DNA of 64,000 nucleotides, taken from assembly GCF_000150275.1 (NCBI RefSeq), contig NW_002060944.1, forward strand, positions 8,456,159-8,520,158. Reading direction: 5' to 3'. This document shows, piece after piece, positions 1-10,900 of this stretch (the first letter of the stretch is position 1; every line of letters starts with the position of its first letter). The notes beneath the pieces were generated by a model. The model worked only from the letters and a program-made list of their open reading frames with translations. It was not told where the DNA came from and made no database searches. This DNA is from Trichoplax adhaerens (taxonomy: Eukaryota > Animalia > Placozoa). A program made the translations under genes and the position numbers.

Positions 1-40
1 TTTATTAAAAACATGCCTGCTTTTTATATCTAATTTACAG

Positions 41-3000
41 TATTATGAAATCGCTGGCAAACCCTTGTTAATGTATACCGTGGAAGCATTCGACAAGTAA
101 GTTATAATAACAGGATGGGAATTCCAGATCTTGAGATTTATTACAGTACACAAAGTACAGTAGAATAGCTGTTGTTATCCGTAACATTTATTGTTGTGTG
201 ATAGACTACCGGTATCTCTCTGATATAAATTGATATCGGTATCTTTGACAGGATATCTTGGATAGAGAAAGTGGTAATCGTTGTACCAGAAGATTATGTA
301 GAATACACGAAGCAGGTTGGTTATACTTCTATCTGTCGCCTTCGATCATGAAATTTGTAGGACTACTATTAGATAAGGATTGCACACGGATGAGAACCTT
401 ATAGTTATTCATTAGGTTTCAATTGTAATAAAAATTTGGCCATGATTCTGAATATTTATAGCTAATTAAAACTCATAATATACGACGTGCTGTGGTAGCG
501 ACTGGCAGTCAGACTCGGCATAGATCTATTTATAATGGTTTAACGGCGTTAAAAATGAATGGATCAGATCCTCCTGATGTCGTAAGTAGAATGTTGTTAC
601 AATAATTATTATTATGAATCAATTTTATTGTAAAAAAGACGTCAATTTTACTTCTATTACACGAGTACAGCAACATTCATGCACTTTACTATCAAGCCAT
701 CGTATCGGCTGTAATTGGCTAGCATTTGCATTTGTACTGTATATACTCCGCTTCAGAGACTACCGTGCAATAGTTAGAATGTTTTTTGGAGATGCGTGCG
801 ATTACAGATTATCGATTAAGAAGCTTATCAATTTATATATTATACACTGTTCAGCATCAATTTATATATTATACACTGTTCAGCATCAATTTATATATTA
901 TACACTGTACAACAATAAAGTATTTTATACAATCAGTCAAGAAAAGTAGAGGAAACAAGGAAATTTTCTCAAATTGGAGTACAGTGTTATAATGCAGTAT
1001 CGACGCAAAGTAATACATTTATAATTTATACCGCAGGTAATCATTCACGATGCTGTCCGTCCACTAGTTAACGAAGATATACTAAGAAGTGTCGCTATGG
1101 CAGCAATGATTTATGGAGTTAGTGACGAGCTATTCTAATACTCTTTTTGTAGTATTGACCGTGTGGGTATTGAGCTTGTTAGATTTAAAAATCGTTCCTT
1201 TCCTACGCTACGTATTAGGCTGCTGGCTGCACTCGGCCATTGGTGTCAACGGTGATAAAGGCTAGTGAAGATAATATTTTAGATCATTCGTTGCAAAGGT
1301 ACAAATTATAATTACATTTTTAAAAACAAATGAATTCAACTGTTCAATAGCAAGAGTCCATATTAAGAATGTACAGAGTGATTAATGTGTTAAAATAAAT
1401 GAGGTAATACATATTGTGAACTGCCTTATTGTAGATCACAGTATCGTGCTAGTGAGACGCCTCAAGCTTTCCAATATGATGTTATTAAAGAAGCGTATGA
1501 TAAGGTATTAGTGGCAAAAAATTGTTCAGATTTGACTACTTGATATTTCAACTTTCTCTACCAGATCACTAAAGTATATTTACTTATGGATGAAATATAA
1601 AATAGTGTACAGATTACGATTTCGATTACGGTACTGAATGTTTGCATTTGGCGAATAAATACACGGATTCGACGGTTAAGCTAGTTGATGGTCCTCCATC
1701 GCTATGGAAGGTAATTTGACCAATATTTTAATAACGTTGCAACTAAAAATGGATTCTGAAAAATCAACAGATCTCTAATAGTTGATAAAATTGCCAACAG
1801 ATTACTTATAAGAAAGACTTGTATGCATTTGAAGGAATAATTAAAGGTTTGTAGATTAACACTACTAGTGAATTTGGTAATAGCATCATTCAGTTTTATA
1901 ATTAATAATTCCCAATTGTATTATGATGATTTAAGAATACCTTTATGAAATTGGTGTAATAATTGGCGAAAAAAGTGCGGTTTCATCGATTTGTGCATCT
2001 GCAAGCTGTTTAATAAATAAAGGCTTAAAGGTCAGCGATAGTTGAATTTATTTCTTTAATTTCGCACTTTAAAAATGTACATGGTTTCTTCCGTTTGGGT
2101 GGTAGGTTGCAATTATTGCTAACGGCTGTCATGATGACATACATGCATCTCTTTCGGAAGTTAGTGACAGATACTTGTATCAAGATATGGAATTGATGAC
2201 GGTATTTTAATGAGAATTAATATATTAATTTAGTGTCGATTAAAATAATTGTCTAAACTGTATTACTTACAACTTTTTTCGAATGGGTATTATAAGGAAG
2301 AAAATATTCGTCAAGCATTTCAAAGTATCGAAGATTATTTTCAAAATAGAATTGATATCACTATAAATTGTATTGTAAGAGAATACAAGGAGGTCAGCGA
2401 GCATACTTGATATTATTAGCTTTTTGATTTAGGCTGAGTTTATGATGTGTTAGTAGCTATATTAAATTGATATATTTTGAGGCATGCTTGTAAAGTAACA
2501 TTGATTCACTGTTTAGGTGACAGAAAATGCCCAGCAACTAAAAGCACATTTAGACAGTCTTACCTTGATGTTATCTATGGTAACAAAGTGTTCTGAGCGT
2601 CAAGGGGTGATTGTAAACTCTGTTTTAATCGTTGGTAAGGATGTTTGTATCTTTGATGACTCTGGTCTCCGCTTGGAAGCCATACTCAAGGTTAATCGAT
2701 AGCAGGATGATGAGTTGTAACGCTGTGTTGACTCGTATATAAAAAGGATTGCGTTATTATCTAGTTGTGAAAATAATATCGGCGTATCCATTGTACAATA
2801 ACTTGATAGGCAGCAATTAGAAATCAATCGAGAATAGCAATTAAAGATAACGTTCAGGTTTTTGGAGTATTTAATAGTCCCCATTTACCACATTCAAACG
2901 ATGACGATAACGTAAGTGATATCTTTCCTACATTTTGTAGCATGTACTTTATGAGATTTATTCCCATGCCAGTTATGGATTAATTTCTTGCGCATTCGAT

Positions 3001-3127
3001 CCAGTCATTTCCCTATGACATAGCCAACAATGCCGCTAAAACGGCTATATATATCTCTAAAAATGCAATTGTCCAAACATATCTGCCAATTCTTAGCAAA
3101 ATCAATCAATCAGTATTTTCGTCGTAG
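41..3127 (+). CDS. ISPD: D-ribitol-5-phosphate cytidylyltransferase (ISPD/CRPPA), 5'-truncated, 14 exons in window
   Basis: GT-AG exons 41-96, 252-315, 462-581, 1037-1117, 1219-1298, 1435-1504, 1606-1710, 1801-1846, 1936-2030, 2106-2201, 2297-2392, 2517-2690, 2810-2911, 3005-3127 splice in frame. Motifs [54 protein letters not shown] match animal ISPD as I recall it. The last three exons are less certain. Confidence 0.93.
827..908. repeat. 29-bp tandem repeat x~3 in ISPD intron
   Basis: atcaatttatatattatacactgttcagc at 827, 856 and partially at 885. Confidence 0.9.
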
Positions 3128-4599
3128 TTCATTTTGTTAGAACTTGGCATATTTGCTTGGATAAGCAAGTATAATGAAGGTATAGTGACGCTTCATTGGC
3201 ATATTTGGATATATCACAGGGAAATGTTTGGGTCTGTTGCGCATTGATGTTCTAGAGATAGTAGTAGGATATAGTCATTGTAAAGGCATTTATTATGATT
3301 GCATCAACGTATTAGGATGAAAATATTCCGCTAGAGTTGGGTAATTTGGCGACAGACATTGCAATCGATATGAAGAATTATGCTTCTGGTCAAATGTTTT
3401 ACATCGTTTAGTGTGGTTGAAATTCTCTCTTTTGTGACTAAAAGGTGCCATATGCTTTATTGTTCAACTGGGCAACTAAGCTTGCAGTTGGTTTTTCTAA
3501 TCCTTTCGATTTTATTAAACGTATTGATAATATAATTAGAGTTGTAAATTGCAAGAATTTAAAGCTCAACTTGTGTATACCGGTAGCATACAGTAGTATG
3601 TGTATAGAGGTCAACAAGACCTAGAATTATTGATATACCCTTCTAATCGATATAGCAGAATTGAAGAAAGATTGAAAGAATGGTTTAGAAGTCTATTTAT
3701 TGGAAAGCTATTACTCTTGTCATATTTATAAACATATACTTGATCCTACATAGCTAACATATATTTATCAAAATCTTTGTAGTCTATTAAAATATGATTT
3801 GTTCTGATAGTAATATATTCCATTGTTGATATTTTATTCGAGTTTATTATATGTTTATCAAGGAGGTGAAGAGTACTCTCTGGTGTGATATCATTGGAGC
3901 AGTTATTGTCTATACCCTATTCTATTAAACTTGTTGTATTGGTAGTATACTACAGAAGGAAATGTAATTACCCTTTTCATTTAAAATTCTATTATAATTA
4001 TTTATACCTGTGGATAATGGAGTACTACTGCACGAATATTCAAGTAGTGCAGCGGTTAGACGACCCATTTTATATTTCCTAATTTACCCAATTTCAATTG
4101 AGCAATATTAATAAACGACTGAAAAATGTCTTTTACTGTCTGCCATACCACGTACACCTACCTATTGACTACAAATCAATTACTGTATTAATGATAAAGA
4201 TTGGACTTTAGGTTTGCATGACTTGGGTTTGAAAAGGAGTTATTCACAGATCGATTGATGCATTTCATTCATTTTGTTATGACTAAAAATTTTGATTTCA
4301 ATCATGTACACCACTGCAAAATCTCCTCGGTTTGGACAAGGCTTTGTACTACTATAGTAATGTCTATTTTCTGGAATGTATAAAGGCTTTGATGCGACTT
4401 TCGTTTCTATCTACTGTAGAAGGGTATAAAATACCAATCGGCCGAAATCAACAGAATCACTTCCCTCTATTCTACTGTATGTAAATCGACGCTATTCATC
4501 TTGATATACGACTGTGCTCCATTTGACGAAGACAGTTATTGCGAGAGACTTTTACTACAGAGAGTGGGGATCATATCGGATATACGGCGCAAATACGTT

Positions 4600-6490
4600 T
4601 CTACAGTCTGATATGATCCGAGAGTCGTCTATTGATCTGGATAGAGTCGATTTTCTACATACGCGTGTAGGGAAATGGAATCTTGATGTTGATCTCAGTA
4701 GATTGGTAGTTTATCCCGTCAATGATGTCTTCTAGGAGAGTCGTACGTATACTGCATTGCTATACTGTAGATACAGTTGATTTTGGACAGAGAATACGCG
4801 CCTAGACAAAGTGGAATATTGATGTTGATCTCAGTCGATATTTTCTAGCCGTCCATGATGTCGTATAGGTGCAGTATCCTGCATTGCTATTGATAAAGGG
4901 GATTTTGGACAGAGAATACACGTCTAGAGAAGTGGAATATTGCTGTTGATCTCAGCAGATATTTCCTAGCCGTCCATGATGTCGTATAGGAGCAGTATAC
5001 AGCATTGCTATTGATACAGTTGATTTTGGACAGAGAATACGCGTCTAGAGAAGTCGAATATTGATGTTGATGGTAATGGATATTATCTAGCCGTCCATGA
5101 TGTCGTATAGGAGCAGTATACTGCATTGCTATTGATAAAGGGGATTTTGGACAGAAAATACGCGTCTACAGAAGTGGAATATTGATGTTGATCTCAGCAG
5201 ATATTTTCTACCCGTTGATGATGTCCTATAGGAGAGTTGTACGAATACTGTATTGCTATTGATAAAGGGGATTTGGATAGAGAATACGCATGTAGAGAAG
5301 TGGAATATTGATGTTGATCTCTGCAAATACTTTCTAGCCGTCCATGATGTCGTATAGGAGCAGTATACTGCATTGCTATGGATAAAGGGGATTTTGAACA
5401 GAAAATACGCGTCTACAGAAGTGGAATATTGATGTTGATCTCAGCAGATATTTTCTACCCGTTGATGATGTCCTATAGGAGAGTTGTACGAATACTGCAT
5501 TGCTATTGATAAAGGGGATTTTGGACAGAGAATACGCATGTAGAGAAGTGGAATATTGATGTTGATCTCAGCAGATATTTCCTACCCGTCCATGATGCCC
5601 TATAGGAGAGTTGTACGAATACTGCATTGCTATTGATAAAGGGGATTTTGGATAGAGAATACGCATCTAGAGCAGTGGAATATTGATGTTGATCTCAGCC
5701 GATATTTCCTACCCGTCCATGATGTCGTATAGGAGAGTCGTACGTACAGTATACTGTATCGCTATTGATTTTCTACATACTGTAGAATACGCATATAAGG
5801 AAGTCCAATCTTGATGTTGATCTTTGTCGTATTATTTGGCAATTTTCTATCGGTTAATGATGTCCTAGAAGAGAGTTGTAGGTACAGTATACTGTATTGC
5901 TATTGATAAAGGGGATTTTGGACATAGAATACGCGTGTAGACAAGTGGAATATTGATGTTGATCTCAGCAGATATTTTCTACCCGTTGATGATGTCCTAG
6001 AGGAGAGTTGTACAGTATACTGTATTGCTATTGATTGTCTACATAGAATACGCATATAGGGAAGTCCAATCTTGATGTTGATCTTTGTCGATGTCAGCAG
6101 ATTGGTATTTTCTATCCGTTCATATTCATGATGTCCTATAGGAGAGTCGTACGTATACTTTCTAGCTATTGATTTTCGACACAGAATACGCATACAGTAT
6201 AGGGAAATGTTGATGTTGATCTCAGTGGATATTTTCTACTCGCCCATGATGTCTTATAGGAGAGTTGCATGTCTACTCTATCGCTATTGATTTGGACATG
6301 GAATATACGCATCTAGAAACGTGGAATATTGATGTTGATCGCAATCGCTATTTTGTAGGCGTCCATGATGTCCTATAGGAGGAGTAAACTGCATTACTAT
6401 AGATACAGCTGATTTTGGACAGAGAATACGCGTTTAGACAAGTCGAATATTGATGTTGATCTCAGTCGATATTTTCTACCTGCGTATCAT
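4600..6490. repeat. ~120-140-bp tandem satellite, ~15 copies, two subtypes; orphan partial copy at ~6703-6755
   Basis: Core gtggaatattgatgttgatctcagcagatattt recurs at ~4685, 4821, 4941, 5063, 5184, 5310, 5430, 5558, 5685, 5813, 5955, 6074, 6210, 6330, 6450. Confidence 0.95.
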
Positions 6491-6789
6491 GTCCTTGTGA
6501 TAAAGTGATCTTCAAAACAATAAATCAAGAACTACAGTTTCTTGCAAATTTCACTTTATTACAGAAGTTAGGTTCGTCTAACTGCCAAGGACTATCTGAC
6601 TATCTGACAATCTACTTATTACAGCAAAATTCACGATTTATATACGATTAGTTACAGAATGCTTTTACTGTAACAAATCTTATCTTGCCCATTAAGTCGC
6701 AATATAGGAGGAGTAAACTGCATTGCTATTGATACGATGGATTTTGCACATAGAATTGAGTTTCTTTGGTCACTGTAGTTGAAATGAGG

Positions 6790-7266
6790 GGTGAAAGAAT
6801 TGGGAATCGGCCTTGCTATTCCTGGTGAAAGAGTTGGAATCGGCCTTGCTATTCTTGGTGAAAGAATTGGAATCGGCCATGCTATATAGTTCTGGTGAAA
6901 GAATTGGGAATCGGCCTTGCTATTCTTGGTGAAAGAATTGGGGAATCGGCCTTGCTATTCCTAGTGAAAGAGTTGGAATCGGCCTTGCTATTCTTGGTGA
7001 AAGAATTGGGAATCGGCCATGCTATTTCTGGTGAAAGAATTGGGAATCGGCCTTGCTATTCTTGGTGAAAGAATTGGGAATCGGCCTTGCTATTCCTGGT
7101 GAAAGAATTGGGAATCGGCCTTGCTATTCCTGGTGAAAGAATTGGGAATCGGCCTTGCTATTCCTGGTGAAAGAGTTGGAATCGGCCTTGCTATTCCTGG
7201 TGAAAGAATTGGGAATCGGCCTTGCTATTCCTGGTGAAAGAATTGGGAATTGGCCTTGCTATTCCT
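6790..7266. repeat. 33-34-bp minisatellite x14
   Basis: ggtgaaagaattgggaatcggccttgctattc(c/t)t head-to-tail with no spacers. Confidence 0.97.
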
Positions 7267-7539
7267 CTTCCATCAAAGGATTTCTTTCTCTTTCTTTCTT
7301 GCCTTATTGACAGTGGGAGGACAGTGCTTTCTTTCTTTCTTTCCACTACGCTGGCGGTTGTTGTGATCGACTACATACTGTACCCGTGTACACTGCGGCA
7401 TGCATGAGTACCTCCAGTGGTATCCACCGCCAAGTGCTATAACAATGTCAACCTTCTAGTGGCAACCCAGCATGCGCAGTACCATCAACTCCATTTTCGG
7501 AATTGCCATCGCAAGTGTCAATATTGCAAATACAACAAG

Positions 7540-7965
7540 TAAAAAACTTTTGTGCCGGCGCTTTTTTATCCATCTTGGCCACAAGATTAACGGGTAGCCA
7601 ACTTCAAAGATCGCTACGAGAAGCAAAAGACGTTTGTGCTAGCGCTTTTTATCCTATCGGCACCTATCGGCCACAAGATTCATTAGTAGCGATATTGCTA
7701 CAGGCAAAAGACGTTTACCGGCGCTTTTTATCCCATCTTGGCCACAAGATTAACGGGTAGCCAACTGCAAAGATCGCTACGAGAAGCAAAAGACGTTTGT
7801 GCCAGCGCTTTTAATCCCATCTTGGCCAGAAGAATAACGGGTAGCAGACTGCCAAGATCGCTACGACAGGCAAAAGACGTTTGTGCCAGCGCTTTTTATC
7901 CCATCTTAGCCAGAAGATTAACGGGTAGCCAACTCCACTAGCGCATCCTTTTTCCCATCTTTTGT
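7540..7965. repeat. ~83-bp tandem repeat x~5 directly upstream of the DGK start codon
   Basis: aaaagacgtttgtgccagcgctttttatcccatcttggccacaagattaacgggtagccaact recurs at ~7545, 7626, 7706, 7789, 7872. Confidence 0.9.
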
Positions 7966-7970
7966 TGGAC

Positions 7971-10900
7971 ATGTCCAAGATAAAATCGGACAAGTTAGGT
8001 CCTGAGGAGTTACAACAACTTCAGGAACGTATTCAATGTAAGTATTTTATCATTCCTATAGCAATCCAATGTCATCACGTCGCTTTCAACACCATCCATT
8101 TGCACTTGCAGTGGGGGGGGGGGGGGCTTGTCGCATTTCTTCACTCCAATCAGGCCTTGCAGGAGAGTTAGTCTGTAGGCAAATTACAAGATGATGGAGA
8201 GTCGTCGTTAAAAGACAACAACCAATACAAGGGAAGGCTAGCATAAGATGATGCAGTTTTCAGTCTAGTTAGCCTATGGCAAAAGAACAAGTCCCAGTCG
8301 ATGAGGAGACGTCGCAAGGGTCGATTGGGAAACGATGCTAATCCAATGGACCATTTCAAAATGATACAAAATATGGATGGGCAAATTGCCCGTCTTAACA
8401 ATCTCCCTGTCCAACCAATTCAATCTGTTGAAGGAGTCGATCATGTCCACTCCAGGAATTACTTCAAGGAGAACAGTCGACAAGACTCGTGCAATCCATT
8501 GGATCACTGTCAGGAGAACAGGCTACGATACCATTGCAATCCACTCCAATGTCGGCCAACACTAAAATACATCCATTCCCTTGTACAGTAGGATAGACTA
8601 CTACAACTCATTTCCAATCGCTTTCACTCAATATCCAAATGGAGACATACTGTACAGTAAGTGCACAGTCGGATCATCATCATCAATCTACACTTAGTAG
8701 CGAGGGAAGAGGGCCCCAAGCAACTTGGATAACGGTCAAGACGAAATGCAATTCAACAGGATGCTCTCTCTCGCCAAGTAAATGGCCACGGCATTCCTTT
8801 TTAAATGCCGTGTAAACCCCTTGATTGATACAACAAGAAACTGACTTAGTCGACTTGGCTGTAATTGCTGTAGTTTTTTGCCAAGTGGACTAGCAACTTG
8901 TCATCGAGTGGCAAATTGGAATGTCCACATCAACTACTTTAGTCTAGTAGGAAGAGAGACTCTATTTTCCAACGATACAGTGCGATCGCCACAGACGATT
9001 CCTCTACAGCCATGGACTGAGTCAAGAAGCGATCAGCCATGGAAAATCAGAGTCTATTTGCCACCAAATTCTCTATCCATTAAAAGGAAAAGTAATTCAT
9101 TCCATACTCCATGATGGATAGGCAAAAGTCAAACTGAGTCTACCATACGGACGCCGATGATTCATTCCCAAAGGCAATTTCCCTTGATCGGATAAACTAC
9201 AATCACCGATCGCATTTCTTGCTAACACACACTCTTGTCTTGATGATCGCCAAAAATGCAATCCTAGAAACAGTGAAGATCCTCTTTTCCCCCCCCTTCC
9301 AACCACAGCCATGTTTGTAGACGGGATGTTGGATTGTATTGAACGGCTTGGTTAGCAATTCATTCCTCTTGATCTGATGATGGTTGCAAATGGGGACATT
9401 TCAAATGGATGAGGACAGTTGCGGGCTCTTTCTTTCATTTCCTCACTGTTTTACTACCGATATGCAAATTTGCATAGGCAACCAACCTAGAGGATGGATG
9501 ATGACACTGAAAACCCTTTCCTTTTTTATTTTTACTTTCTCTTTGCCTATTTTATTTTCGTTTTCGTCTGCATACAGTAGCCGATGTCAATGGACTCCAC
9601 TAGCATCCTCAATCATGCCATTGCTGCCGATAGAATGGGTTTTTTTTTTCTCCCCCCTATATGTACACCATTTTGATTTTCCATCATCATTCCGTCATCG
9701 ACCGTTCACAAACGAAACAGGAACGATTACATCGATGATGCTAGCGGTGAAATGAATTTGCAATATACATTTCTTGACTTGATGTTCAACGTTGAAGAAG
9801 AAGAAAGATGATCCCCCCCAAATAATAAAAAATACAGTAGGATGGGAATAGAATGATTCATGTTGGATCATTGGCCATCATCCTACCTACTGGATACTGG
9901 GGAATGGGCACCACTCAGACATTTTCCTTTGCAACAATGGCGTCTTTGATCAGCGGTAGGTTAGCGTCTTTGCCATAGTATTGATTGAGCCGGATTGAAT
10001 ATCCTTCAAGAGGATCCATGAGTTAACTGCTGTCATGGCATGCAAGATGCTTTGAATAGGATTCTTTTCCACCGTACAAGGCAATCAACGATGATCGTCG
10101 ATATGCAATGGGTACAGTAGAAATTTTTTTTTCCCTTTTTTTGGAGTGGGGAGAAGAAATGGACTTTTACTATCATTCCCTCATGAGACTAGACCTTCAT
10201 TTTATTGTACAATGTACAATAAAATGAAGGCAATGAAAATTAGTGACAACCTGGACTGATCCGAATATCTTCATCGCGGCGAATTCAGCCACCAATGAAA
10301 ACTTTGACGACATAGTCTTGCCGCACATCAACATGAATTGAGTGTAATCCAATGCTCGCTAGACTTGGATTGTCTAGCGTAGTACTAATGGATCGTTTTC
10401 TTATACGACAAAAAGTATTTTCTTGCCCTATGTAAAAACCGAGAGGGTAAAAGGGGGATAGGAAGAGAAAAACTAGATAGGAAAATGTCTCCATTTTTCA
10501 ATACAATGGTAGCCTAGCAATGCAGGAGTGTGGGTAGTAGGGTAGGCACCTTTGGCAATTTTTACGGGCCCCATCATGAAGAAGAAGTTGTAGTTGTGAT
10601 CGTCAAGAGGCTGTTGGCTGTCAACGATGCCATGGAAAAGGACTATCAATGACCATGTTAACAATCCTGTGGATGGATTAGGAAAAAAAGGAAATGTTGT
10701 CGTTGTGACTACCCTAGACATAGGCATCATTGTTCATTGATATTTTCCTCCCGTCAAGAGATGGCTTGTCTTCATGATTTATTGTAGTCAATATTGATTC
10801 AATGGTAATCTTGGACATGCAATGGCAAAATACATCAACCAATGAATCCATCAAGGAAAATGCAACTCCAGTGATGAGTTGTTTTGATCATCAAGTTGTG

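Noticed and set aside
4514-6193. ORFs inside the satellite as a repeat protein
   Set aside because: Unit lengths vary by non-multiples of 3 and stops recur in all frames examined.
6790-7266. CRISPR-like array (33-34-bp repeats)
   Set aside because: Units are head-to-tail with no unique spacers, there are no cas genes, and the context is intron-rich eukaryotic DNA.
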